DNA of 57,731 nucleotides, counting the filler, from Circinaria calcarea (Eukaryota), in NCBI GenBank assembly GCA_051942165.1. It is 6 parts of 6 records of this genome, joined end to end, with 100 filler letters (N's around TTAATTAATTAA, not from the genome) between each part and the next. Parts side by side here need not be neighbours in the genome. Positions count along the whole stretch, not along the records: positions 19,290 to 28,830 come from JAVECS010000917.1; positions 28,931 to 38,466 come from JAVECS010000918.1; 4 more parts are not named here. One strand, 5' to 3'. The notes beneath the pieces were generated by a model. The model was not told the origin of the DNA. It saw only the letters and a list, made by a program, of their open reading frames with translations, and did no database searches. The first letter of the stretch is position 1. Every line of letters begins with the position of its first letter. Positions 25,675-38,066 of the stretch are shown piece by piece. The position numbers and the translations under genes were made by a program.

Positions 25675-28103
25675 ATAAGCAGACACCAGCCCCATCGCAG
25701 GTGAAAGACGATGTCGCAACCGCTTCGCTAGATTTCGCAGAATTTTCCTATTGGGATGCGGATTGTTAGAAAATGAAGAACATTAGCTCTGACCAATCCA
25801 CGACACTTGCCCTCTACCTGTCAAAGCATTACAAAGTGACAGAAATGCAAGAATCCCTTCCTTTTCTTATACTCTGATGTAGGGACGGTATTCCTCAGCA
25901 GGAAAAGAGACTCTTCTCAATTACCGGTTGTATTGCAGTGTGGCTGAATGAAAAGGATGCGGTTCCCGGGGATATCTCCATCGGCGATTGGGGCGAAAGT
26001 GACGAGATCACCATTGAAAATGACCTCGCTGCAGACCTTTGGCTACTCGAGCCAGAACCGGAGCTCAGAGTACGGTTATGTCTTGCAGCCGCATCTATAA
26101 GCCGCTGCTCGTGTGGTGTAATGGATTGATGTGCCCCTTGGGCGACCTCCAACATGATAAACTTCACACAAAGATAAATCGTTGCAATGCTGGCTGCGAT
26201 TCCTCCCTGGGATGCAGTGGAAGAAGATTAGCAAGTCCGATGGGTGTCGAAATGAAAGACATTGTATTTACACGAGGCTTCCGGACACTCGGAGTAAATT
26301 TACTGGTATGTATGTGAGAGACTGAGGCTCGTGGTCGGTAGCTCTTGACATTCAACCTGCTTTCCGTTGAGAGAAATTACGAAGGTATGGGTGAATTTGC
26401 GGAGAAGGGACAGGAGCGATGGTGTGGTACTAATGTTCGATGTATGAAGCCGTTTCCTAAGTCAGCAGGCCTTGCTCGAGACCCTACATGGACTAAGTAA
26501 TAACCTAGTATATCCTTTAAAATCTGACGCCGCGTTGAATTGCGAGCTCCATCAGATGACTTTTCACTCGTCCAAGCGTAGGCCTACTATCATCAGCTTC
26601 ATCTAACAAAGATTGCGGCACTCACGTCTTTGCTTTGATTGCACTATTGGTGTTCTGTTATGCCCAACTTATGAAATTGGCTGCATGAAGCCATATTCAA
26701 GATCCTATTAGCCACTAAACATAAACAGAGCCTATTCGGGGTTTTCTAGTGTTCTATTAGATGAAAGAAGCCTAAGAAAGCTAAGTGTAGGCAGGATGAT
26801 AGAGAAAGAAGTGAAAGTGGTAGAAATTAAGTTGTCAAGAAGCGAGTAGGACAGCCTAGGTAAAGCAGGCATTCATATATAATACAGCCCATTCCTCGAA
26901 TTGAAGAAACGTAGTGATAAGCAGAGAAACGACACTAGACTATTAAGTGTCATGGAAATGTGTTAACTAATGGTGAAAATAACATAGACTTAACTTCATC
27001 CTTAGATATGTCTCACCGGCAGTCGTTTACCCTAGGCCTTTTCCCATTTACCACACGAATACGTACGGCGCAGCTAGTCTAAGCCTTTGCCATACTCCTC
27101 ACGGACTGAACCTCTTTTCTTGCTGTTGGGCCAAAGCATTGGTGATTGAACATCATAATAGGATAGATGAAGACCATCCCGTGAAGCCTATACCTTTGTA
27201 AAACAGGGCAGATTCGAGAAGATAACCATAAATTAGTAGGCAGTACGTTTTTGTCGTCAACCAGGGGACCATCCTTCTTACAAACCTGCTATAGTACATC
27301 TTCCCCATACCAGGACCTGAATCACCCAATATTTCGACGTTCAAGGATAGCATCTCTCAGGATAGCAGTTTGCAGAAAGCAAATAGCACCACAAGCATCG
27401 CAGGGATATCACAATAAATATGGAGGCCAGAGCTCTCACAACGAGCACCAAAGAAACTCCGCATACACCGGGAGATGAAAAACCTGCCTGCCCCACTAAT
27501 TTCCCGCAAAACTCAGAATGACTTATTTACTTTCACGGAGCAGGGGCTAGATCGCAACTCTAGACAGAGAAAAAATGTCTTATGATATTTAACTGCGCGT
27601 CGCGGTTCAATTAAAGAAATCAGATCATAAATTCCCTCCACTTCCCCAAACCCGATTCCCAAACACAATCCGGAAAGCAAATGAGAGCAGCTGAACCTCA
27701 GACAGGTCGCAAACAGAATCAATATGAAAACGCTATGTACACCATAGTTACGCATTATGAGATCGCGGCAGGCTCCCCTAGCCATGTCACGCTACCTCAA
27801 ACACAGAATTCAAAAAACTTTGGGCGCATCACGCTCTCAGGAAAGTCCGCACGCGGAGGGTGCTGCATTATGTTATGTTCATCGCAATCCATACACTAGA
27901 AGCGGTTTGTTCATATAATGTTGCCAAATCCACTCCTTTGATCGTAGCGATAAACAAAAGTTCGTAGTCTCCTCAACCCCTGGTCATGACGTCGTCGCGT
28001 TTATTCATCGCGTCTCCGCGTCTACCAAATCGTCCTCCACTTCCCCAAATTCCCCTCACATCATCTTCAATCATCGACATCCTAAATCTCCCATCCAAGC
28101 TCA

Positions 28104-28455
28104 ATGCCCCTCCAGCCATCTCACTCACCTCACTGTCCCTTCTGCTCCATCGCCACATCTTCACCACCCTCCAGCTCCCTGACGTCAACTCCCTCACCCC
28201 CGCAAGCATACCTTCTCCTCTCCACGCCCCATATCATTGCCTTTCTCGACCACGCGCCAATATCCCGAGGCCATGTTCTCATAGCCACACGCCAGCACCG
28301 AGAAAAGCTGAGCGATGTGAGCGTAGAAGAGGGGAGGGCGCTCGGAGCTTGGATGGGCATCGTGTCGAGGGCGGTGGTAAAGGTTGTGCTTGGGGGAACA
28401 CGGGAAGTGAGAGAGGAGGGTGGCGTGGGGGATTGGAACGTGGTACAAAATAATG
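28104..28455 (+). CDS. HIT (histidine triad) family protein, Hnt1-like, first exon only
   Basis: CPFCSI ... IAFLDHAPISRGHVLIATRQHREKLSD ... DWNVVQNNG followed by donor GTAAGG. The HxHxH exon is not found before the contig end. Confidence 0.8.
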
Positions 28456-28830
28456 GTAAGGTGGCTACGGCCGGAAATTCTCCTAGCTTCGACGTTGTAA
28501 TTTGATACGGTGATTGATTGTATCCGGTTCCGGTCCGTACCATTTTCCCACACGGGGGATCTTTCTCGCCTCTCAGCGCTAGCCCTTTCACACAACACTG
28601 TGTTTTTTTTTTTTTTCGATAAAAAAAAACGGAAAGAAAGGCAAAAAGTAAATGCTCAACGGCGAATCGAACTCGGGACCTACTGCAAAAAAAAAGAGGC
28701 CAAATCCGTACGCGGGAACCTTCTCGTGTACCTGAAATAAACACCGAATGTAGAATTTGTGATGGGTACAGTCGTTGAACCTACTGCACCACCACCCTGG
28801 GGCGCCCACTCATACCTGGGCCATACGGAT

Positions 28831-28930
28831 NNNNNNNNNNNNNNNNNNNNNNNNNNNNNNNNNNNNNNNNNNNNTTAATTAATTAANNNNNNNNNNNNNN
28901 NNNNNNNNNNNNNNNNNNNNNNNNNNNNNN
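28831..28930. other. Artificial contig linker
   Basis: Same 100-bp block. Confidence 0.98.
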
Positions 28931-29745
28931 CTTTCCAACAATACTTGGATAGAAGGGACACGAGGATTTGACTCTTCTTTCTCATCAAACGGCCTACTTT
29001 TCGCCGGCTTTCCAGCCGGGAGTTTTTCTTTTCTTTGGGAGTCATATTCGGCACCAAAGACTTGTACAATAGCATCGAATGAACAAACACTCTCCATTAA
29101 AAAAAAAATGAACGTTCAAGTTCTTGTGTTAAGTTTCAAATGCTCCTATGGGCCATGCATGGTACATGATCCCATCAACTCGTTTCTCCATTTTGATTAC
29201 AGCTCTGAGTATGGTCGGCACGATCGAGCAAACAATCGTCGCCCGCCACTACCCCTTATTCTCATCTACTCTGATTGCTATTCCGACCTAGCGTACACGA
29301 CCCAACGTAAACAGATTGCCAGGTCCATGACTCCACCTCCACTATCACGAAACCAAATCCCCTGTCCGCCATGAAATGAAGTACCCAATCGAATACACCG
29401 TAGCGTAGATTTCATTGCCGTCGGCAGTCCGGAACCCAGAGTATCAACCGCCCCCTCGTTCCCCCCCTCTCCTTCCTCTGCCTTTTTGGGGAGAGTTCGT
29501 ACCCCATACTACGGACTTGGAAATTTTTCGTTCCATCAAAGACGCTTTGCGTCATTTATCGATCTTTGGGTTAATGATTTTTCATCTGTAGCATTCTGGT
29601 AGTGTTAGACGAGAGCTGCCTAGAAAACCCCCGCGAGGAAATTGGGGGTAGGGGGAATCGGGGAGAGTAAGGAGGAATTCACACTTCTTGGGAAAACGAT
29701 TTAGGATACATGTTGACGAGTAGAGGATCAAGAAATGATCGGTAA

Positions 29746-30875
29746 GGATCCTGATTCACACACCACCCGTAAGCGAAACCCTTAGCGCCGAAAATTTCTA
29801 TTATCTTCCAGACCATTTAGCGCTCGAGGTTCGATGATGGAGCAAGAAAACCTCAATTAGGCAATCGATTTACCTGCTTTTAAAAATAATAACGCTAATA
29901 ACGGTTTCGATAATAGGGCTTCATATTCATTTGCGAGCCCCGAAGCCGCCCAATAATGTAGGCAAGATAGTCGGGCAGGATCCCGGTCCAGTGCGCAAAC
30001 TGCAAAAATCGATGTGATTTATTGCTTCATACTGCACAGGGCTGCACGGTTTGGCGGTTTTTATAGCAGGTGTGGACTTTTGGACATCTTTTAGTGTCTT
30101 TTGCAACCGACGTTTAGTTTGTAAAATAAAGTTATAACAGTAAATAAGTCGTTTATTTGTTCTCTAGGGAAATAAGCAATTTGAGATTTGAGCAGGCTAC
30201 TATATTGAGGTGGAAGGTGTTGAGAATGCATTTGGGCTGATGATTCTGTAACATGGTAGGAGGATTTAAATTGTGGAGTCTGTGCCAGTCAGTGCAGTGT
30301 ATCATAGGCGGTAATAGAGGGTGAAGAGCAGACCAATGCAAATCAGTGCGGTGCAGACGATGCAGTCAGCGCAAGTAAAGAGACAATGTAATTAGTTAAG
30401 TAAGAGTTGCTGTAGCATGATTACACGAATCGAAACTTTGACCTACCCTCCCTTTTCTTCAACTCGCCCCTTAGCGGCCCTTAGCGGCGAAATTTGTATT
30501 ATTTTCCAGACCATTTAGCGCTCGAGGTTCGATGATGGAGCTGGAAAACCTCAAATAGGTTAATCGGCCGCTTTACTTGCCTCTAATATACGATAACCCT
30601 ATATAAGGGCAGGTGTGGCGAGTAGAGGCCTGGGAAATTGTATAAATGAAGGTTGGTTTCCTTCCTGTTCACATGAACCGTAAGCGAACCCTTAGCGCGA
30701 AGAATTTCTATTATTTTCTAGACCATTTAGCGCTCGAGGTTCGACGATGGAGCTGGAAAACCTCAAATAGGTTAATCAGCCGCTTCACTTTCCTCCAATA
30801 CGAAGCTACCCGGCTCCTAGGTAGGTGTGGCGAGTAGAGGCCCGGGAAATTGTAAATAGGGGTTCCTGTTCACAC
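29746..30875. repeat. Three copies of a non-coding direct repeat (two tandem ~211-bp units plus an upstream partial copy)
   Basis: Core AGACCATTTAGCGCTCGAGGTTCGAYGATGGAGC...AAAACCTCAA at ~29809, ~30508 and ~30720. CCCTTAGCG starts at 30478 and 30689 give the period. Confidence 0.9.
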
Positions 30876-31265
30876 AAGCGAGTGAGACGGCGGTGAATGG
30901 AGAGCGGGAAGGGAGTTGAAGCTGATGAGGGTTTGGTGAGTGAGCAATGAGATGCCATGCTGTGCTCGATCCATTTTTGTATTCGAAGTATTCACGGTAC
31001 GAATTCACTGCATATTCTCTTTCGAGCTTCAACCTACGCGTTTCGTCCTATTTCTCCACCTCCAGCATTTCCAACCGGCATCGGCCGGAAAGGGGTCCAT
31101 CAAATGAACAAGCCCTACTTCCAGTTTCTCCTTTCCGGCAATATCTACATGTCTTCAGTTAGCACACACTAGTCCTACCTATACGTTCTTGTCCCCTCCG
31201 ACCAACACCCAAAATCTCCTAAAGCAGCCGCCCACCACACCCCACACCACCAAAAGCCGCAAAGC

Positions 31266-31871
31266 ATGTCACTCAAACCTACCTCGCCCGCACGTCCCCA
31301 AACCCCGATCCCATCCCTCCAGCACACCGACCGCCTTCCCACCGACCGCACCCTCCTCGAGGGCCGTCTCAACACCCACGCCGCCGACCTCCAAAGCATA
31401 GCCAGGAACATGGACTGGCTCAACGAGCAGATCGAACTGCGAGTCATCGCTCTCCAGCGGCTCGAGCGCGACGCCAAAGAAGACGCCGCGCGATTCGCAA
31501 TCTGGGACAAGGAGCTCGCGTCCATGAAGACGAACGCCCAGAAAGCCGACGACGCAGGAAAAAGGACTCGGGCCGTGGGGGAAGGGAAGGGGAATGTGGC
31601 GGCGGGCAGTGGCTATATCAAAGGCGAACACACACCCGGAGACGAGAAGACGGCGGTGAATATGGGGATCAAGGAGATGAAGGGGCGCATCGTGGCGTTT
31701 AAGAAGCTGAAGAAGGCGTTGGAGAAGAGTACGATGTGGCAGTTGGAGGAGATGTGGAGGGTCGAGAAGGCGATGGGCAAGGAACCGGGGACTTGGATGA
31801 GCCTGGGGTTCGAGGGAGAGGAAGGAGAGGAGAAGGTCCTGCCGGATCGGAAGTGGTCAAAGGAAATGTAA
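31266..31871 (+). CDS. Hypothetical protein with predicted coiled coils
   Basis: 201-aa intronless ORF with GC3-rich coding-like codon use and heptad-like charged segments; no family recognised. Confidence 0.65.
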   Translation: MSLKPTSPARPQTPIPSLQHTDRLPTDRTLLEGRLNTHAADLQSIARNMDWLNEQIELRVIALQRLERDAKEDAARFAIWDKELASMKTNAQKADDAGKRTRAVGEGKGNVAAGSGYIKGEHTPGDEKTAVNMGIKEMKGRIVAFKKLKKALEKSTMWQLEEMWRVEKAMGKEPGTWMSLGFEGEEGEEKVLPDRKWSKEM

Positions 31872-32195
31872 GTGGTCATTCATCCAGTTGGGAATCTGTA
31901 TAGGCCCGTTCGAAAGCTGATCACTACGTACAGTGGTCGTTTGCCAACAAAGGAGGAGTGGCTGACCATGTTTCGTGATTAGCATTCGAGATATCATGAA
32001 TTCTCAGCCTGACTAGTCAAATTGGATAGGCCTGTGTGGCATAGATCCGATCGCAATGTAGGAAGAGGTATTTAGTAAAGGCGCATCCGGATCAGGCGGG
32101 GTATTATACAACGGAATACTGTGAAAAGGTCTGATATTTGCAGTGCAATCATGAAAATAACACGTACTACCGGGGTATCTTAATATCTTCCATGA

Positions 32196-34289
32196 TCAAT
32201 CACCGAACCCCTGAAACTCCTCAAGTTGATCCTCTTCTAGCTTCCTCCGCTTGACATTCTCAATCATGCGTTCGAGCTCGAGTTGTTTCTCACGCTCCAC
32301 GGGAGTCATTTTCTCCCACTTCTCTCGTTCCTTACGGATATGCTTCTTCTCTCTCTTCCTCTCTCGTTCGTCCCGTTGATCTAGCCTCTGACTCCATGCC
32401 CTTTTCCCTGGCTCTCGACTGAAAGGGTGATCGATGGTAGAAGTAGAACCTACAAGCCTTTCATGCAGTGCTTGCTTCCTCACCTGCTCCCTTTGCTTAT
32501 CCTTATACACATATGTCGAAAAATTCAATTCAACTCCTAGAGATTTATCTCCTTCCCAGCGTTTGAGTTCAGGCATCTTCGGAAGTTTCAACAAGCCCCA
32601 CGCTCTACCCGCGTCTTCCCAATCTATGTCCGCTACTCGAAAGATGCTGCTCGCCTGGTGCTTGCTATAAGCTCTGACCCAACTAACAAAACCGCGCTGA
32701 GCTTTGTCGTGCATGGCCCGATCTGTCAAAACGACTTTCCTCATTTTATCGGATGCCGAGCTTGCCTCGTCCTCTGTCATCGAGATTTGAGGCGTGGCGA
32801 GTAATGTTACAGGCGTCTTCCTTACTTCAAGGAACGTAAGATAGTCCTCCTCCCGGCCAGGCTGAATAAATATAACGCTTAATCCCTTTCGCCCGGCTCG
32901 TCCTGCTCGACCACAGCGATGTAAAAATACCTTGGGATCACTGGGGGGGTCAATCTGCATCACAAGATCAACCTGTGGGATATCAAGTCCCCGTGCTGCT
33001 ACGTCCGTAGTCAGAAGTATACTAGATGTCACGGCGTTCGTAAAACGAGTAAAGTTCTTCTGTCGAACATTTGGCGGATGCTTTCCGTGGAGTGGGATAA
33101 GTGAGAAGCTCTCTCCATCTCGAAATGGAAGAAGTGATGGAAGTACGTGTTGAAAGTAATCGACCGCAGCACAAGTTGATAAATATACGATGGACTTATT
33201 CGGTTTTGGAACCAATAATGACAATATTTTAGTGAGCGCTGGGAGTTTTTGAGACGCGGGCGTAAGCAGGTAACTCATTTGGAGACTTTTGAGATTATAT
33301 TAGTACGGATGGTCAACTGATTTAGGGAGCAGTGACACAGCTCACCTAGCGGGAGTTCTCTGATCCACTCCACCCGCAACGCCCTTGACCTTGACGGCAA
33401 TCTTCACTGGGTTTCGTAGGCCTACCCTTACAATCTGGTCTACTGCTTCACTTACACTGGCACTGAAAAGGCCTGTACGTCTCTGCTTGGGTAATCGACC
33501 TAAAATCTTCTGGAGGTCTTCCTTGAACCCTAAATCAAGTAACCTATCGGCTTCGTCGAGAACTAAAACCTCAAAAGAGGATTGGGGGCAATGCACGTGT
33601 GGAGATGAGAGTAATTCCAACAAGCGTCCAGGCGTTGAAATCAATAAATTGGGTGAAAGCTTTAGAAATTGACTTAAATCTTGTGCGGGTGTAGTAGAGC
33701 CTCCAAGGAGAAGCTGCGGTATCACTTTAAGAGAAGACTGTGGATATGCTGGGGTAGAGAGCACGGCTCCGATCCCATCTGTTTGCTCATCCCCTTCATT
33801 GAGTAACTGCCTTGCTGCGGCCGATGGGCCATGGAAAGCCAGTAAACCTTCGAGGACGCCAAAGATCTGTGTTGCCAGTTCCCTACTTGTATTAGCAGGA
33901 TAAGTCATGTTAGACTTTACGCATCAGTACCTTGTCGGAGATACTATAATCGCTCCAACATGATGTTTCCTAAGGGGCTCTTCTAATCGCAATAGTCTTT
34001 CAACGACCGGTATCAGAAAAGCCAACGTCTTCCCACTGCCCGTAACTGCCTTGTATGCTTCAGCTCGTTACCGTTTATGGCGGTAGGCAATATTTACCTC
34101 CACAACGACGTCTTTATGTGTCATGAATAGCGGAATTGTCGAAGCTTGCACAGGAGTCATGCGCTTGAACCCCATACTTGAGACAGCATCTATTATCCAT
34201 TCTGCTAATGCGGGAGTTAGGGCTTCCCAAGCTCGCGAGGAAGACGCTTTAGAGGGTTGAGATTTGGTTCCAGGAGTCTCTGCGGCCAT
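32196..34289 (-). CDS. SPB4: ATP-dependent rRNA DEAD-box helicase Spb4
   Basis: [106 protein letters not shown]. Confidence 0.95.
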
Positions 34290-34357
34290 AGTAGTAACGC
34301 TCTTAGTGACATGAATCTCCAAAATCCTTTTCTCAAATCGACTTCCATAAAGAAAAC

Positions 34358-34379
34358 CTTATCGTTATCGCCACGTGAC
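34358..34379. promoter_or_regulatory. Tandem CGATAA(G) motifs plus CACGTGAC E-box in the divergent SPB4/DGK1 promoter
   Basis: CTTATCGTTATCGCCACGTGAC ~70 bp upstream of the SPB4 ATG. CACGTG(A) also occurs upstream of RPL3 (~11512) and elsewhere. Function is inferred. Confidence 0.5.
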
Positions 34380-34730
34380 TTGATTTTTCCTGATTCTAGC
34401 CGTTGACTGTTCTGTCATCATCGTCGGCGCGTGAGACGTGGAAACCAGGGTTACAATCCAATGTTTCCTTGATTGACTACAAGTGCTGCTGAAGAGGTGT
34501 TGAAGTCGAGCGCAATTTCGATCCTTTGAATTTTCGACCTATCCTAGGCCATTTCTACTTTTCGAGGCTGAGCCTTGCTCACCGCAGAGCTGAAGGCGAC
34601 GGCCATCAACAGCTCCACCCCTTTCGAGTATACGTTCGTACAAATATATCTACTACCTCGCGATGTTGCAGGTCTGATTAGATCTGCACCTTTGCCGCCC
34701 TTCCGTATCATCCTGGGGAGATCTGCTATC

Positions 34731-35912
34731 ATGGCACAACAATACCAAATACCCAGTACACCAGGCATCATCGCGCCAACACCTACACAGTTAGATGTGC
34801 TAGAGCCAGGAGATACATACTTTGCCCCCATCACGCGGTCGGCTGCCGCGAAAAGACCGAATGCGCCTGATTCCATAGGTGAAGAAAAAGACTCCGACTC
34901 TGACCTCGACAAACGAGCTCGAACACGCAGTCGAAGTCCGAGATCTGCGAACAAGCGGGGGGGAGTTGGCGGCCTTCAGAGCGCCAACTTCAAACCTGGC
35001 GTACCACCTGTCCCTCCTGTCCCTACGAGCCGAACGTCTAAACCGAAGTCTGAGCCCGCTCGGCAGAACGGCTCTGCAAACGGACATCTCTCCCCATCAT
35101 CCGCCTCCTCTACCTTCTGGCGTGACTTTTCGCGATCCCCTAGTCCGCTAGGCCTGATACCAATCCATAGACATTGGCGCTCCTTCGTCCATCGACATGA
35201 AATACCAAGGAAGGCTCTGCATCTCTCCATTGGCTTCTTCACACTCCACCTCTATACTCGAGGAATTCAACCGGCAACTATACACCCATGGCTCCTTGGC
35301 GCACTCATTCCCATTGCAAGTACGGACTTCCTGCGACACCGGTCGGCTAGCTTCAACCGATTCTATGTCCGGGTGCTTGGCGCCTTCATGAGAGAAAGCG
35401 AAGTCAACGAGAGGTACAATGGGGTCATATGGTATCTACTCGGCGCTTGGGTGGCTTTAAGGTTTTTCCCCAAGGATGTCGGGGTCATGGGTGTGCTCTT
35501 GCTCAGTTGGTGCGATACTGCTGCGAGCACCGTTGGGAGGCTATACGGACGATACACACCTCGGATACGAAAAGGTAAAAGTTTAGCGGGAAGTGCTGCT
35601 GCCGCCGTAGTGGGTTTAATGACCGCAGGCTTGTTCTGGGGGATCATGGTGCCGAGATGGTGGGGGTTTGAAGAGGATTTCATGTTTCAGGGCCGGTTGA
35701 CTCTACCGCAACCTTCAAGGACATGGCTAGGACTGGTAGGGAATGAGCAAGGTACAGTCGGTGGCTGGCTCGCTCTAGGCGCTATGAGCCTGTGGAGTGG
35801 GTTGGCAGCGAGTGCGAGTGAACTTGTGGATATATGGGGTTTGGATGACAACCTTACGATCCCTATCTTGAGCGGGTTGGGCCTTTGGGGCTTCTTGAAG
35901 GTCTTTGGATGA
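34731..35912 (+). CDS. DGK1: CTP-dependent diacylglycerol kinase
   Basis: HEIPRKALHLSIGF, MRESEV..YNGVIWYLLG, LLLSWCDTAASTVGRLYG, GKSLAGS, LDDNLTIP. Confidence 0.93.
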   Translation: MAQQYQIPSTPGIIAPTPTQLDVLEPGDTYFAPITRSAAAKRPNAPDSIGEEKDSDSDLDKRARTRSRSPRSANKRGGVGGLQSANFKPGVPPVPPVPTSRTSKPKSEPARQNGSANGHLSPSSASSTFWRDFSRSPSPLGLIPIHRHWRSFVHRHEIPRKALHLSIGFFTLHLYTRGIQPATIHPWLLGALIPIASTDFLRHRSASFNRFYVRVLGAFMRESEVNERYNGVIWYLLGAWVALRFFPKDVGVMGVLLLSWCDTAASTVGRLYGRYTPRIRKGKSLAGSAAAAVVGLMTAGLFWGIMVPRWWGFEEDFMFQGRLTLPQPSRTWLGLVGNEQGTVGGWLALGAMSLWSGLAASASELVDIWGLDDNLTIPILSGLGLWGFLKVFG

Positions 35913-36054
35913 TAGTTTTGTGTCGCTGTGTTCCGTGATACCCTCCTCCCTTGCACATAATCTCTTTATATAGATATTGATATAAAATGGCTATGAATCA
36001 GTCCATTACGTGAGCTCCTTCCAAAATCTACCTTTTGACATGCAAAAGCCTATG

Positions 36055-37863
36055 CTATGCCCAAGCGCCCAGCGTCCACGGGACCTTCTCCGCTCCTCCA
36101 GAACGTGATACCCCAGCGCCAAAGCTCTGTCGCTGCTGCACCACACTGACATCCGCATCCCTCCTCGCGCCGGAAAGTCCATGCTGCAGATACGAATCCC
36201 TCTCAATCTCCACAATGCCCTTGACCTTCAACGCCGCGGCAAGACTCGCTCCCACCCACGCTCCGAGCGTCTCTACGCCGCGTATCTCCCCCGTAACGGT
36301 GGGTTTGCCGAGTGTGGCCTCGTTGCGGCGGAGTTTTTCCGCAATGGGGTCTGGGACTTGGGGTTCTTGGGCTGCGGGGTGCGAGCTGGCGGTGTCTGGG
36401 GGGCGGTCGGTGTTCTTCTCTGTGCTCTTTGTCGTTGAATGGGGTTTTGCCGCGGCGGACTGGCGGTTTATGTGGATTTCGGTGAGCCGTCGACGGCGTT
36501 CGTCTGCTGCTTTTCCCACGACAGGATCCCAGCCGCGTTGCTCGACGAGCCGGGAAAGTTCGCTTATGAGACGGGTTTTGAGACCGGGGATATTGGAACC
36601 GCCGCCTGTGATGATGATCCGAGACATGCATAGGCCGCGGAGATCTGGTGGTAGAGAAAGGAGGCTCTTGTAAATGAGCAGGGGGAGGCTTTGTTCGTGG
36701 TCGTCTAGATCGTGGAGAGACTGGTTTCTGGCAAAAAGGACGGTTTCGACAGGCTGGCTGAAGGTGGAAAAGGGGAGTTTCATTTGCGCAAATGAGGATG
36801 AATGTAACGACACAGGTATACTTGTATCTGACTTGATATCTCGTGGGGAAGACGGGTTATTGCTAGAAGAGACTTCGTCAATGTGAAGGGTGTGGAGACG
36901 AGCATCCATGTTATGATTTTGGTTATTTGGTACGCTGGCATCAGCGATATTTTGACACCATGCCAATCGGATTGTAACCTCCTCGGCATGCTCAAGATCC
37001 ACAAGAACTCGATCATCTGGTGATCCTGCCAAAGACTGATCTTGCCGTGCTTTAAGTTGACCTTGCTTCTTTTGCTCCTGTTGAAGAAGTTTAGCCATTT
37101 CCAGACTGACCAACCTCATTGCCCGCGTAGTCCGGCGATGGAGCATTTCACGATACTCGCATACACCCGTAACGACAGACTCGTTCCACCCAATATCGAC
37201 TACGAGGCCAGACCTCAATCCGGCAGCCATGACCGCCATACTTGGAGCAGAGAATAGGGTGATGGTTGGATTTTGGAAATTGGTGAATATGGTAGACAGA
37301 AGAGCCGAAAGCAACGGGTGCGGTAGAACGGAGGGCAAAACAAGAACTACGCGCCTTGACTTTGCGTCCAGAAGTAAATATTGATTACATGCTTCTCGTA
37401 CTGCCCTCTCCACTTTATCCTCTACCAGCCCGAGGTCTACCTCGCGGATGTCCATGCGCCACAATTGATAATCATTCCCCCATTCCTGTATACGGCAGGT
37501 CTTTCTGGGTCTTTCATTGTAGCCTGGTAGCCACCGTCGATAGTCCCCAACACGTCTCGACTCCTCCGGACCAAAGCCCAATGTACAACGCGGGGCGTTT
37601 TCCCCTGCAAAACCGGCGCGGAAGTACCGGCTGCCAAACTCGAATATCAAAGCATCTTCTTCCGTTCGATAACTTGTAGCCGGCGATGAGAAAGCGGAAG
37701 ATGTGCTACGTTGTGGTGTGTGCGGAGATGATGGGATGTCAGGTACCCGCTGAACTTGGGAAAGGCCTGGGCGAACGCTGGATGCGGGCTTGCGGTCAAA
37801 GTATGCTGCGGTGGTAGCCATTCTGCTACTGCTGTCACTCATCTGATGCCCTTCATCCTCCAT
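36055..37863 (-). CDS. ARP10: Actin-related protein Arp10 (RO7-like, dynactin)
   Basis: FEFGSRYFRAGFAGE, AAGLRSGLVVDIGWNES, IIITGGGSNIPGL, LGAWVGASL, WTLGAWA C-terminus. Confidence 0.88.
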   Translation of the reverse strand: MEDEGHQMSDSSSRMATTAAYFDRKPASSVRPGLSQVQRVPDIPSSPHTPQRSTSSAFSSPATSYRTEEDALIFEFGSRYFRAGFAGENAPRCTLGFGPEESRRVGDYRRWLPGYNERPRKTCRIQEWGNDYQLWRMDIREVDLGLVEDKVERAVREACNQYLLLDAKSRRVVLVLPSVLPHPLLSALLSTIFTNFQNPTITLFSAPSMAVMAAGLRSGLVVDIGWNESVVTGVCEYREMLHRRTTRAMRLVSLEMAKLLQQEQKKQGQLKARQDQSLAGSPDDRVLVDLEHAEEVTIRLAWCQNIADASVPNNQNHNMDARLHTLHIDEVSSSNNPSSPRDIKSDTSIPVSLHSSSFAQMKLPFSTFSQPVETVLFARNQSLHDLDDHEQSLPLLIYKSLLSLPPDLRGLCMSRIIITGGGSNIPGLKTRLISELSRLVEQRGWDPVVGKAADERRRRLTEIHINRQSAAAKPHSTTKSTEKNTDRPPDTASSHPAAQEPQVPDPIAEKLRRNEATLGKPTVTGEIRGVETLGAWVGASLAAALKVKGIVEIERDSYLQHGLSGARRDADVSVVQQRQSFGAGVSRSGGAEKVPWTLGAWA

Positions 37864-38066
37864 TCACTCAAGTGATCGATGATGGGTGATGTTTGACGGT
37901 GGTTGCCATGGAAACGAAATCTCGCCAATCAGATCGAGTTCTGACAGGTGTACAGAAACACTGGTAAACATGCAAAAAGATTGAGGATGTGCATGTCACG
38001 AGGTTGAAGAAAGTGCATATTGCTCGTGTTTTTTGTTGCTTTAGTTTTCTCTGGCATTGAGTTCCA

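Noticed and set aside
29985..30380. Weak TGCGC..ACTGCA inverted similarity around an AT-rich tract
   Set aside because: Too short and mismatched to call TIRs.
29746..30875. CRISPR-like array
   Set aside because: Only three copies, homologous rather than unique spacers, eukaryotic context.
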